A stretch of DNA of 64,000 nt from an uncultured Acidobacteriota bacterium (GTDB lineage: Bacteria > Acidobacteriota > Thermoanaerobaculia > UBA5066 > Gp7-AA6): positions 135,917-199,916 of the forward strand of contig CAWDSI010000005.1 in the NCBI GenBank assembly GCA_963804915.1. Direction: 5' to 3'. The notes below the pieces were generated by a model that was not told the DNA's origin, searched no databases, and was given only the letters and a program-made list of their open reading frames with translations. A program made the translations under genes and the position numbers. Positions 54,541 to 64,000 of this stretch are shown piece by piece (within the stretch, counting starts at the first letter, position 1; each line of letters opens with the position of its first letter).

Positions 54541-54727
54541 ATGGCCACACGTGCAATGCGAATCAAGGCGGCGAAGAAGCCGAAGTTCATCGACCCGGAC
54601 CGTGCGCCGGTGCCGCGTGTGCGGCCGCCCGCGGGCGGTTTACCGCAAGTTCGGTCTCTGCCGAATCTGTTTCCGTCAGAACGCCAACCAGGGTTACATC
54701 CCGGGCGTCCTGAAGGCTTCCTGGTGA
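54541..54727 (+). CDS. rpsN: 30S ribosomal protein S14 (type Z, zinc-binding); 1-nt insertion near 54590
   Basis: The span is 187 nt, which is 186+1. [17 protein letters not shown] is in one frame. [44 protein letters not shown] (CxxC..CxxC) is in the +1 frame. Confidence 0.85.
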
Positions 54728-54741
54728 CAGAGAGAAAAACG

Positions 54742-55142
54742 ATGAAAACGAGCGATCCCCTGAGCGATCTGTTGACCCGGATCTGCGCAACGGCCTCACG
54801 GCCGGCCACGACAAGGTGGACGTGCCCGCCTCCCGCGTCAAGGAGGCGGTCCTGAAGGTCCTCGAGGAGGAAGGCTTCATCGCCTCCTACCGCCGCGTGG
54901 AAGAGAAGGGGCGGCCCGTCCTCCGCGTGGGCCTGAAGTACGACCACGAGGGCGAGCCCGTCGTGATCGGCCTCGAGCGCGTCTCCCGCCCCGGGCGCCG
55001 GGTCTATGCCCGGGCCGACGAGATCCCGAAGGTCCTCGGAGGCCTCGGCGTGTCGATCGTCTCGACGTCCAAGGGCATCGTGACCGACCGGGCGGCCCGG
55101 CAGTCGCGCCTGGGCGGCGAAGTTCTCTGCAACGTTTGGTAA
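54742..55142 (+). CDS. rpsH: 30S ribosomal protein S8; frame change near 54782
   Basis: MKTSDPLSDLLTRI starts at ATG 54742. RNGLTAGHDKVDVPASRVKEAVLKVLEEEGFI.. continues in the frame of ORF 54816..55142. Confidence 0.88.
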
Positions 55143-55155
55143 GAGGAGCACGAGC

Positions 55156-55698
55156 GTGTCGCGCATAGGGAAAATGCCGGTCGTGATCCCCAAGGGGGTC
55201 GACGTCAAGTCGGACAAGAGCCACGTCCGCGTCAAGGGGCCGAAGGGCGAGCTTTCGAGCGCGATCCCCTCGGGCCTGACGGTCACCGTGGCCGACGGAG
55301 AGATCAAGATCGCCCGCGCCTCGGACGAGCCGAAGGCCCGCGCCGTGCACGGGCTCCTGCGGAGCCTCGTGGCCAACAACGTCGAGGGCGTGACCAAGGG
55401 CTTCACGCGAGAGCTCGAGATCTCGGGCGTCGGCTACAAAGCCGAGGTCAAGGGCAAGTCCGTGGTCTTCTCGCTGGGCTATTCGCATCCGGTGGACTTT
55501 CCGATCCCCGAAGGGATCGCGATCGCGATCGACGCGAAGGCCGGGAAGCTGACCGTCACGGGCGCCGACAAGCAGCGGGTCGGCCAGACGGCGGCGGAGA
55601 TTCGCAAGCTCCGCGTGCCGGACCCCTACAAGGCCAAGGGCATCAAGTACGCCGACGAAGTCATCAAGCGCAAGGTCGGCAAGGCCGGCGGGAAGTAA
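55156..55698 (+). CDS. rplF: 50S ribosomal protein L6
   Basis: 180-aa ORF with a GTG start: [17 protein letters not shown].. Confidence 0.95.
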   Translation: MSRIGKMPVVIPKGVDVKSDKSHVRVKGPKGELSSAIPSGLTVTVADGEIKIARASDEPKARAVHGLLRSLVANNVEGVTKGFTRELEISGVGYKAEVKGKSVVFSLGYSHPVDFPIPEGIAIAIDAKAGKLTVTGADKQRVGQTAAEIRKLRVPDPYKAKGIKYADEVIKRKVGKAGGK

Positions 55699-55700
55699 TC

Positions 55701-56068
55701 ATGAACCGATCACATGCACGGACGGAGGCCCGGGCGCGAGTGCGCATCCGGGTGCGCCAGAAGGTCCGGGGCGCGGCCGAGCGGCCGCGGCTGGCCGTCT
55801 TCAAGAGCGGCCGGCACATCTATGCCCAGGTCATCGACGACGGCAAGGGCAAGACGGTGGCCCACGCGTCCTCGCTCGACGCCGGCCTCAAGAAGGAACG
55901 CCGAAGGGCGCCTCGCAGGATGCCGCCGGCAAGGTCGGCGCTCTCGTGGCCGAGCGGGCCAAGAAGGCGGGCGTGACCAAGGTCGTCTTCGACCGGGGCG
56001 GCTACCGGTATCACGGCCGCGTCAAGGCGCTGGCCGAGGGCGCGCGCACGGGCGGGCTGGAGTTCTAG
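55701..56068 (+). CDS. rplR: 50S ribosomal protein L18; frame change near 55900
   Basis: ..[33 protein letters not shown].. is in one frame. ..[48 protein letters not shown] is in another. The span is 368 nt, which is not a multiple of 3. Confidence 0.88.
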
Positions 56069-56109
56069 GGCATGGCAATCGTCGGGACGGTGACTAGGAG
56101 AGACGAACG

Positions 56110-56681
56110 ATGAGCAGCAACCGAGGCCCGCGCGCGCCGCGCGAGCGGGAAAAGGAGCGCGACGCGCAGGGCCGTGAACTGATCGACCGGGTCGTTCACA
56201 TCAACCGCGTCACGAAGGTCGTCAAGGGCGGCAAGAACTTCTCCTTCTCGGCGCTCGTGGTCGTCGGCGACGGCCAGGGACGGGTCGGCTACGGCGCGGG
56301 CAAGGCGAAGGAAGTCCCGATGGCCATCAAGAAGGGCATCGAGATGGCGAAGAAGAACATGCAGAAGGTCTCGCTGAAGGGGACGACGATCCCGCACACG
56401 ATCATCGGCGCCTACGGGGCGGGCCGCGTTCTGCTGAAGCCCGCCGCGGCGGGCACGGGCGTCATCGCGGGCGGACCGGTGCGGGCGGTGCTCGAGTCGG
56501 TCGGAATCCAGGACATCCTGACGAAGTCGCTCCGCACGACCAACCCCCACAACGTCATCAAGGCGACTTTCGAAGGCCTGATGCGCCTGAAGAACGAGGA
56601 CGAGATCCGAAGCGACGGGGCCGCGTGTCGGCGGCCGCCGTCGCGCCGGCGGCGCCCGTCGAAGCCGAGGAGAAGGCGTAA
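56110..56681 (+). CDS. rpsE: 30S ribosomal protein S5; frame change near 56605
   Basis: Core: ..[58 protein letters not shown].. The true C-terminus (..[22 protein letters not shown]) is in another frame and ends at TAA 56679..56681, sharing one base with the rpmD ATG. Confidence 0.88.
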
Positions 56682-56941
56682 TGACCGAGACGGGCAAGGG
56701 CGCCGAGAAGGCGAAGGGCCGCAAGGCCTCCGGCCGCCTGACCATCACGCAGGTGAAGAGCGGCATCTGCACGCCGAAGGACCAGAAGGCGACGCTCGTG
56801 AGCCTCGGGTTCCGGCGGCGCGGGGACACGGTCGTGCGCGAGGATTCGCCGGCCATGCGCGGAATGATCCGCAAGGTCCGCCACCTCGTGCTTGTGCAAG
56901 CCGAAGCGAGCGAAGCCAAAGCCGTAACGACGAAGGGCTGA
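56681..56941 (+). CDS. rpmD: 50S ribosomal protein L30
   Basis: 86-aa ORF: ..[51 protein letters not shown].. Confidence 0.9.
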   Translation: MTETGKGAEKAKGRKASGRLTITQVKSGICTPKDQKATLVSLGFRRRGDTVVREDSPAMRGMIRKVRHLVLVQAEASEAKAVTTKG

Positions 56942-56944
56942 TCC

Positions 56945-57584
56945 ATGGTCGAAAAGAAGAAAACCACCAAGCCTCCGGCGGCGAAGAAGCCGGCGTCCCG
57001 CAAAGCGGCGGCAGGCGCCCAGCGAAGGCGGCCGCGCGCTCCCGAAAAGAAGGCCGCGGCGCCGGCTCCGAAAGCGGCGCAGACCTGAGAAGCTGAAGAA
57101 GGCCGCGGTCGCGCGTCCCGCGGACACGCGTCCGGCGGCGACGGGCGTCCACGACCTCGCTCCGGCGGTGGGCGCGACCCACTACCGCAAGCGGGTCGGC
57201 CGCGGCCCGGGCTCGGGCCACGGCAAGACCGCGGGCCGCGGCAACAAGGGCCAGAGGTCGCGCACCGGCTATCGCCACCAGCGCGGCTTCGAGGGCGGCC
57301 AGATGCCGCTCCACCGGCGGCTGCCCAAGCGCGGCTTCACCAACATCTTCCGCGTCGAGTACGACATCGTCAATCTCGCCGACCTCGATCGCTTCGAGGC
57401 CGGCGCGGCCGTCACCCCGGAGACGCTCGTGGCGTCGCGCCTCGCGCGCAAGAACCGCCCGGTCAAGATCCTGGGCGACGGCAAGATTCAGAAGGCGCTG
57501 ACCGTGTCGGCGCACAAGTTCTCGGCCTCGGCCAAGGCCAGGATCGAGGCGGCGGGCGGCCGCTGCGAGGTGCTGTCCCGTTGA
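56945..57584 (+). CDS. rplO: 50S ribosomal protein L15 with a probable Lys/Ala/Pro-rich N-terminal extension; at least 1 frame change near 57085 (conserved core 57135..57584)
   Basis: Core: [36 protein letters not shown].. There is no ATG, GTG or TTG in frame between the upstream stop (56925..56927) and GTG 57168, which would cut into the conserved N-terminus. ATG 56945, 3 nt after rpmD, opens [23 protein letters not shown].. in another frame. Confidence 0.75.
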
Positions 57585-58976
57585 GCGCCCTCCAGAGCTT
57601 CGCGAACATTTTCAGCGTGCCGGACCTGCGCAAGCGGGTCCTGTTCACGTTCCTCGTGCTGGCCGTCTATCGCCTGGGCGCGCACATCCCGACGCCGGGC
57701 GTCGATCCGCAGGCGATCAACGCCTTCTTCAAGGCGTCGGCCGGATCGCATCTTCGGCTTCCTCGACATCTTCTCGGGCGGCGCGCTGCGGCGCCTCTCG
57801 GTCTTCGCGCTCGGGATCATGCCGTACATCTCGAGCTCGATCATCCTGCAGCTGTTGACGGTCGTCTGGCCCTACCTCGAGAAGCTCTCCAAGGAAGGGC
57901 GAGATGGGCCGGAAGAAGATCACCCAGTACACCCGCTACGGCACGGTGCTGCTCTCGTTCATCCAGGCGACCGGCATCGCCCTGTGGCTCGAGAAGCAGA
58001 CGGCTCCGGGCGGCGCGCCGCTGGTGCCGCATCCGGGCTGGGGCTTCCGCCTCATGACCGTGCTCACGCTGACGACCGGGACGATCTTCATCATGTGGCT
58101 CGGCGAGCAGATCACCGAGCGCGGGATCGGCAACGGCATCTCGCTCATCATCTTCGCGGGCATCGTCGTCGGCCTGCCGCGGGCCATCTTCGGCCTCTTC
58201 CAGCAGCTCCGCACCCAGACGATCTCGATCCTCACGCTCGTCGTGCGTGCTGGTCTTCATGTTCGGCATCGTGGCGCTCGATCGTCTTCGTCGAGCGGGC
58301 GCAGCGGCGCATCCCGGTCCAGTACGCCAAGCGCGTCGTCGGCCGGCGGGTCTACGGCGGGCCAGAACACGTACCTGCCGCTGCGGGTCAACACCGGCGG
58401 CGTCATCCCGATCATCTTCGCGATCTCGATCCTCCAGCTTCCGGCGTACCTCGCCCAGATCTCCGGGGCCGACTGGATGAAGCGCGTGGCCGAGTCCCTC
58501 TCGATGGGGCACCCGCTGTACTTCCTGCTCTACGCGGCGGGCATCCTCTTCTTCTGCTACTTCTACACGTCGATCGTCTTCAATCCCGACCGACACGGCC
58601 GACAACATGCGGAAGTACGGCGGGTTCATCCCCGGCATCCGGCCCGGCAAGAAGACGGCCGACTACATCGACACCGTGCTCTCGCGCATCACGATCGTGG
58701 GCGCCGCTGTACCTGACGTTCGTCGCCCTGCTGCCGGACATCCTGAACAACGGCTTCAAGGTCCAGGGCATCCCGGGCATCGGGCCGGCGCTCGACAGCG
58801 TGCTGCCGCGGTTCCTGACGCAGGGCTTCGGCTTCAACTTCTACTTCGGCGGCACGTCGCTTCTGATCGTCGTCGGCGTCGCCATGGACACGGTCCAGCA
58901 GATCGAGTCGAAGCTGGTCGAGCACCACTACACCGGCTTCCTGAAGAAGAGCCGGATCCGCGGGCGGCGAGGCTGA
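57581..58976 (+). CDS. secY: Preprotein translocase subunit SecY; about 7 frame changes as assembled
   Basis: The TTG start overlaps the rplO stop (TTGA). Conserved pieces are spread over ORFs 57581.., 57819.., 57904.., 58247.. and 58607..: [27 protein letters not shown] / [19 protein letters not shown] / [36 protein letters not shown] / [10 protein letters not shown] / [16 protein letters not shown] / [14 protein letters not shown] / [16 protein letters not shown]. Confidence 0.9.
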
Positions 58977-59581
58977 TGCGGATCGTATTCCTCGGGCCTC
59001 CGGGCAGCGGCAAGGGAACCCAGGCGAGCTCGCTGGCGAAGCGGCTGGGCGTTCCGGCCATCTCGACCGGCGAGATCCTGCGGGAGGCCGTCCGGAAGAA
59101 GACCGCTCTCGGCCAGCAAGGCCCAGGCCGTCATGGAACGGGGGAGCTCGTCTCCGACGACCTGATCGTGGCCATGATCCGGGAGCGCCTGGCCGAGGCC
59201 GACGCCCGCCGGGGGTTCATCCTCGACGGCTTCCCGCGGACCCTCGCCCAGGCCAGGGCCCTCGAGACGCATGCTGTCCGGAAATGGAGACGCCCTCTCC
59301 GCGGTTCTCAACTTTTCCGTCCCCGAGGCCGAGCTGACCGAGCGGATGCTCGGACGGGCCCGGGCCGAAGGGCGGGCGGACGACCGCCCCGAGACCATCC
59401 GCGAGCGGCTGCGGGTCTACCGGGAGAAGACCGAGCCCCTGGTCGGCTTCTACCGCGACCGCGACCTTCTCGCCGAGATCGACGGGGTGGGGTCCGTGTC
59501 GGAGGTGGCCGGACGGGTCGACGAGGCGGTCTCGTCGTCCCGGCGGGCGGTTCGGCGTCGGCTTCAGGGAGAACCGCGTGA
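58976..59581 (+). CDS. adk: Adenylate kinase; about 4 frame changes as assembled
   Basis: [36 protein letters not shown].. ; ..[10 protein letters not shown] (other frame) ; [30 protein letters not shown] ; ..[44 protein letters not shown] (frame of ORF 59271..). One site reads gaacgggggagctc, with five G where six are needed. Confidence 0.88.
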   Translation: MRIVFLGPPGSGKGTQASSLAKRLGVPAISTGEILREAVRKKTALGQQGPGRHGTGELVSDDLIVAMIRERLAEADARRGFILDGFPRTLAQARALETHAVRKWRRPLRGSQLFRPRGRADRADARTGPGRRAGGRPPRDHPRAAAGLPGEDRAPGRLLPRPRPSRRDRRGGVRVGGGRTGRRGGLVVPAGGSASASGRTA

Positions 59582-60363
59582 TCACGATCCGCAGCGCGCA
59601 AGAGCTCGTCAAGCTCGAGGAGGCCTCGCGCATCGTCCTCGAGACGCTCGACGTCGTCGAGAAGGCCGTGGCCCCGGGGGTCACGACCGAGGAGCTGGAC
59701 CGGATCGCCGAGAGCGAGATCCGCAGCGCGGGCGCGCGGCCGGCGTTCGTGGGCTACCGGGGTTATCCGAAGACTCTGTGCACGTCGATCAACGACGAGG
59801 TCGTCCACGGCATCCCGGGGCGCCGGGCCCTGCAGGAAGGCGACATCGTCGGCATCGACTGCGGTGCGGTCGCCAAGGGCTACTACGGCGATGCGGCCCG
59901 AACGGTGCCGGTCGGCAGGATCGACGCCGAGAAGACGAAGCTCCTCGAGGTCACCCAGCAGGCCCTGCACGCCGGGATCGCCGCGGCGCAGCCCGGGCGG
60001 CCGGGTCTCGGACATCGGCGCGGCGGTCGAAGCCGTCGCTCTCGTCCACGGCTACGGCGTGGTCCGCGACTTCGTCGGCCACGGCGTCGGCACGGCGCTC
60101 CACGAGGAGCCGCAGATCCCGAACTACGGCCCGGGCGGGCGGGGGAGCCTGCTGAAGGCGGGCATGGTCCTCGCGATCGAGCCGATGTTCAACCTCGGCC
60201 GGGCGGAGGTCTCGGTGGACGCGGACGGCTGGACGGTGCGGACGCGCGACGAGTCGACGTCGGCGCACTTCGAGTTCACGGTGGCTCTCGAGCCGCAGGG
60301 CGCCGTGATCCTGGGAACGGGCAGCGCTGTCCGCGCTGCCGGGCCGCGGCCGTGTCGGCGTAA
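59578..60363 (+). CDS. map: Methionine aminopeptidase (type I); two compensating frame changes (~59995 and ~60320)
   Basis: GTG start 8 nt after GGGAG. ..[32 protein letters not shown].. is in the ORF frame. ..[62 protein letters not shown].. is in the frame of ORF 59864... Confidence 0.88.
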   Translation: MITIRSAQELVKLEEASRIVLETLDVVEKAVAPGVTTEELDRIAESEIRSAGARPAFVGYRGYPKTLCTSINDEVVHGIPGRRALQEGDIVGIDCGAVAKGYYGDAARTVPVGRIDAEKTKLLEVTQQALHAGIAAAQPGRPGLGHRRGGRSRRSRPRLRRGPRLRRPRRRHGAPRGAADPELRPGRAGEPAEGGHGPRDRADVQPRPGGGLGGRGRLDGADARRVDVGALRVHGGSRAAGRRDPGNGQRCPRCRAAAVSA

Positions 60364-60366
60364 ACG

Positions 60367-60585
60367 ATGTCGAAAGAAGAGGCGATCGAGGTCATGGCGA
60401 CGGTGGTCGAGCCGTTGCCCAACGCGATGTTCAAGGTGGAGCTGGAAAACAAGCATCAGGTCCTGGCGCACATCTCGGGAAAGATGCGGAAGAACTTCAT
60501 CCGCATCCTGCCCGGCGACAAGGTGCTCGTGGAGCTGTCGCCGTACGATCTGACGCGGGGCCGGATCATTTACCGGTACAAGTAG
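60367..60585 (+). CDS. infA: Translation initiation factor IF-1
   Basis: 72-aa ORF with ..[56 protein letters not shown]. Confidence 0.95.
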   Translation: MSKEEAIEVMATVVEPLPNAMFKVELENKHQVLAHISGKMRKNFIRILPGDKVLVELSPYDLTRGRIIYRYK

Positions 60586-60594
60586 GGAGTCGCC

Positions 60595-60708
60595 GTGAAA
60601 GTCCGAGCGTCGGTCAAGAAAATTTGCGCCAAGTGCAAGATCGTGCACCGCAAGGGTGTCGTGCGGGTCATCTGCGAGACGCCCAAGCACAAGCAGAGGC
60701 AGGGGTAA
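60595..60708 (+). CDS. rpmJ: 50S ribosomal protein L36
   Basis: 37-codon ORF below the ORF-track cutoff, with a GTG start. My translation: [37 protein letters not shown]. Confidence 0.9.
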   Translation: MKVRASVKKICAKCKIVHRKGVVRVICETPKHKQRQG

Positions 60709-60711
60709 GAC

Positions 60712-61097
60712 ATGGCACGCATTGCGGGAGTCGATCTGCCGCTCAACAAGCGGGTCGAGATCGGCCTGACGTACATCTACGGGATCGGGCGGCCCAAGGC
60801 CGAACTTCATCCTGGAGAAGGCCGACGTGCCGGCCCGACACGCGCGTCAAGGACCTGTCCGAGGAAGAGGTCGTCCGGATCCGCAAGGTCATCACGGACG
60901 ACGTGAAGGTCGAGGGCGACCTGCGCAAGGACATCTCGGTCGACATCAAGCGGCTGATGGACATCGGCTGCTACCGGGGCCTCCGCCACCGGCGGAACCT
61001 GCCGGTGCGCGGCCAGCGCACGCACACGAACGCCCGCACGCGGAAGGGCCCGCGCAAGCAGACGATCGCCGGCAAGAAGAAGGCGACGAAGAAGTAA
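60712..61097 (+). CDS. rpsM: 30S ribosomal protein S13; two frame changes (~60800 and ~60835)
   Basis: [30 protein letters not shown] / [11 protein letters not shown] / [42 protein letters not shown] lie in three successive frames. Confidence 0.88.
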
Positions 61098-61122
61098 GGC
61101 GACGAGGAAGTAAGAGGACGAC

Positions 61123-61565
61123 ATGGCTGAACCGACTCCGGCAAGCGCCGACCCCGAAAAGGGCGTCAAGCCCGCCAAGGGCAAGCGGGCACGCACGGCG
61201 AAGAAGGAAAAGAAGAACGATCCCGCACGGCGATGGCGACGGTCAGGCGTCCTTCAACAACACGATCGTGTCGATCGCGGACGCCGGAGGGCAACGTCCT
61301 CGCGTGGTCGTCGGCCGGCCGCATCGGGTTCAAGGGCTCGCGCAAGGGCACGCCGTTCGCGGCCCAGCTCGCGGCGGCGAACTGCGCCGAGCACGCCAAG
61401 GAGCACGGCGTGCGCTCGGTGGACGTGCGCGTCACGGGCCCGGGCGCCGGCCGCGAGTCGGCGATCCGCGCGCTCCAGGCCAACGGCATCGACATCAAGT
61501 CGATCAAGGACACGACGCCGATCCCGCACAACGGCTGCCGGCCGCGCAAGCGGCGGAGGGTCTAG
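61123..61565 (+). CDS. rpsK: 30S ribosomal protein S11; at least 2 frame changes (~61212 to ~61290)
   Basis: [32 protein letters not shown] / [18 protein letters not shown] / [43 protein letters not shown] lie in three frames. Confidence 0.88.
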
Positions 61566-61695
61566 GATCGGGCATTCGGCTTGCCGGCATCGGCCGCACG
61601 AGCTCGCACCGCGCGCCCGTCTGTAAACCGACGCTCACGATCCCGGCCGGGAGGAAGGACGTAAAACACATGATGGGATCGAGGAGGTAAAGGGT

Positions 61696-62326
61696 TTGGC
61701 TCGTTATACCGAATCGGTCTGCCGGCTCTGCCGGCGCGAAGGCATGAAGCTGTTCCTCAAGGGGGACCGCTGTTTCAAGGACAAGTGCGCCATCGAGCGG
61801 CGCAACTACCCGCCCGGCCAGCACGGCCGGCGGCGCTCGAAGCTGCTGGGCTACGGCATCCAGCTCCGCGAAAAGCAGAAGGTCAAGCGGATCTACGGTC
61901 TGCTCGAGAGCCAGTTCCGCCTGGCGTTCGCCCGGGCCGAGCGCCGCAAGGGCATCACGGGCGCGAACCTGCTCGAGGAGCTCGAGCGGCGGCTGGACAA
62001 CGTCGTGTACTCGCCCTGGGCTTCGCGGCGTCCCGCGCGCAGGCGCGGCAGCTGGTGCGCCACGGCCACGTCACGGTCGACGGCCGAAGAAGGTCTCGAT
62101 CCCGTCCTACCGCGTCAACAAGGGCGAGGTGGTCGCGATCAAGGAGAAGAGCCGGTCGAACGAGCAGATCAAGGCCTCCGTCGAGACGGCGCGCGCGCGC
62201 GGCGTCCCGGCCTGGCTCGATCTGACGCCGGAGACCTTCTCCGGAAAGGTCGTCGAGCTGCCGAAGCGCGAGGACATCAAACTTCCGATCCAGGAGCAGC
62301 TGATCGTCGAGCTGTACTCCAAGTAG
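61696..62326 (+). CDS. rpsD: 30S ribosomal protein S4; two frame changes (~62005 and ~62090)
   Basis: TTG start 8 nt after [58 protein letters not shown] / [24 protein letters not shown] / ..[31 protein letters not shown]. Confidence 0.88.
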
Positions 62327-62349
62327 TTCGCTACAGAGGAGAACAGACC

Positions 62350-63332
62350 ATGACGCTTTGGAAAGGTTTTCAGAAGCCCAAGCGGCTCGAGATCGACACC
62401 GAGACGCTGACGTCGACGTACGGAAAGTTCTACGCCCAGCCGTTCGAGCGGGGCTTCGGCACGACCGATCGGCAACGCCCTGCGCCGCGTGCTGCTCTCC
62501 TCGATCGAAGGCGCGGCCATCACCGCGGTCAAGATCGAGGGCGTGCTGCACGAGTTCTCGTCGCTGCCGGGGGTCGTCGAGGACGTCACCGACATCATCC
62601 TCAACCTCAAGCAGATCCCCATCAAGATGCACACCACCGAGGAGAAGATCCTGACGATCGACGTCGAGCGGAAGGGCAAGGTCACGGCCGCCGACCTCCA
62701 GGGCGACTCGAACGATCGAGATCCTGGATCCGGACGCGCCGATCGCCACCCTCTCGGAGAACGGTCAGCTGCGCGCCGAGCTGCGCGTCTCGACCGGGCG
62801 CGGCTACGTCTCGGCCGACAAGAACTTCGACGACGACATGGGCATCGGCTACATCCCGATCGACTCCGTGCACTCGCCCGTCCGGCGCGTCAACTACCAC
62901 GTCGAGGCGGCCCGCATCGGGCAGGCCACCGACTACGACCGGCTGGTCCTCGAAGTCTGGACCAACGGCACGATCTCGCCGACGGACGCGGTGGGCCTCG
63001 CCGCCACGCTCCTCCGCGACCACCTCACGATCTTCGTCAACGCCGAGCACGAGACGGCCCTCGAAGGGGCCGGGGAAGGCGAGCTGCCGGAGAACCTGGC
63101 GGAGTACCTCAACAAGTCCGTCGACGAGCTCGAGCTCTCGGTCCGCAGCGCCAACTGCCTCAAGAACGCGGGCATCCGGACGATCCGGGACCTCGTTCAG
63201 CGCACCGAGAAGGACATGCTCGAGACCAAGAACTTCGGCCGCAAGTCTCTCAACGAGATCAAGGACATCCTCCGGCCCATGGGCCTGTCCCTCGGGATGG
63301 AGCTCGAGCCGGTCGAAGCCAAGAGCGAGTAA
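62350..63332 (+). CDS. rpoA: DNA-directed RNA polymerase alpha subunit; two 1-nt insertions (~62467 and ~62712)
   Basis: [27 protein letters not shown] / (I)[45 protein letters not shown] / (I)[55 protein letters not shown]. acc-G-atc-ggc has to read TTIGNALRR. Confidence 0.9.
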
Positions 63333-63335
63333 GCC

Positions 63336-63932
63336 ATGCAGCACAACCGGGCGGGGCGCAAGCTCCGCCGCACGACATCCCACCGGCTGGCGATGTTCTC
63401 GAACCAGCTCGCGTCGCTCATGACGCACGAGCGGATCGAGACGACGCTGACCAAGGCCAAGGAGCTCCGGCCCCTCGCGGAGCGTCTCGTCACCCGGGCC
63501 AAGAACGACGGCGTGGCGGCCCGCCGCCACGTCGCCCGCTGGATCCCCGACCGGACCACGGTCAAGAAGCTCTTCGAGACGATCGCCCCCCGCTTCGTGG
63601 ACCGGCCGGGCGGATACACGCGGATCCTCCGGCTGGGCGCCCGCAAGGGCGACGCCGCGGAGGCCGCCATCCTCGAGTTCGTCGACTACAAGTTCGAGGC
63701 CAAGGAGCGGGGCCCCAAGAAGGAGTCCCTGGCCGACCGCGCTCGCCGGGCGTCGGGCGGTCGTGTCGAGACCGTCCGCAAGGCCAAGCCCGAGGGCGAG
63801 GGCGGCGACGAGGGCCAGAAGCCTTCGCGCAAGGCCGCCGCTCCCAAGGGCGCCGAGAGGGTCAAGCCGGCCGCGAAGCCCGCGCCCAAGAAGGGTCCCT
63901 CGCGCACCGGTCCGTCCAAGCGCGGCGCGTAG
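63336..63932 (+). CDS. rplQ: 50S ribosomal protein L17 (with a ~75-aa basic C-terminal extension)
   Basis: 198-aa ORF: [78 protein letters not shown] Lys/Ala/Pro/Glu-rich tail follows. Confidence 0.93.
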   Translation: MQHNRAGRKLRRTTSHRLAMFSNQLASLMTHERIETTLTKAKELRPLAERLVTRAKNDGVAARRHVARWIPDRTTVKKLFETIAPRFVDRPGGYTRILRLGARKGDAAEAAILEFVDYKFEAKERGPKKESLADRARRASGGRVETVRKAKPEGEGGDEGQKPSRKAAAPKGAERVKPAAKPAPKKGPSRTGPSKRGA

Positions 63933-63958
63933 GAGCTCTCCGAACGTGTTCCCAGAAC

Positions 63959-63987
63959 GGGCGCTGCTTTCGGGCGGCGCCCTTTTT
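63959..63987 (+). terminator. Rho-independent terminator after rplQ (end of the alpha operon)
   Basis: GGGCGC (63959..63964) pairs with GCGCCC (63977..63982) around a GC-rich interior. TTTTT (63983..63987) and CTTTC follow. Confidence 0.65.
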
Positions 63988-64000
63988 CTTTCTCCATGAC

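Noticed and set aside
57581-58976. Programmed ribosomal frameshifting or transcriptional slippage as an explanation for the multi-frame secY (and adk, rpoA and others).
   Set aside because: Seven frame changes occur in one gene, in both directions. There are no slippery heptamers and no shared sequence context. They are interleaved with unaffected genes. Random indel error is far more parsimonious.

Overview
This is a very GC-rich bacterial chromosome segment; third codon positions are almost always G/C. The gene content (a Ser/Thr kinase with TPR repeats, exoproteins with Thr/Pro linkers) suggests an Acidobacteriota-like organism, but that is inference only.

Left ~27 kb, envelope and accessory genes:
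- two tandem secreted beta-helix paralogs and an atypical LuxR regulator
- a sulfation module (PAPS synthase, DHH phosphoesterase, sulfotransferase)
- a translationally coupled ATP-grasp / FemAB-like / ThDP-enzyme operon
- a ~1100-aa secreted PQQ-dehydrogenase/Ig/TP-linker/IPT/SLH-like protein, followed by a GT-C-like membrane protein and a GtrB-like GT2
- rplM-rpsI, rpsB-tsf-pyrH-frr, an MBOAT+SGNH O-acyltransferase pair, ispD-ispF and rlmB

Right ~37 kb, core gene-expression loci:
- tRNA-Thr/Tyr/Gly/Thr-tuf-rpmG-tRNA-Trp-secE-nusG-rplKAJL-rpoBC
- a Ser/Thr kinase
- complete str, S10, spc and alpha operons ending at rplQ

I found no rRNA, CRISPR array, transposase or integrase.

Major caveat: many genes, including secY, adk, map, rpoA and several r-protein genes, carry frameshifts that cluster in patches. 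Meanwhile ~13 kb covering tuf to rpoC is clean. I read this as assembly indel error, so every pseudogene call here is provisional.

Most interesting leads:
- a possible glycosylation module next to the TP-linker exoprotein
- the sulfation module plus the ligase operon
- an eight-cysteine insertion in RpoB
- two near-identical tuf copies whose synonymous codon usage differs sharply from all neighbouring genes
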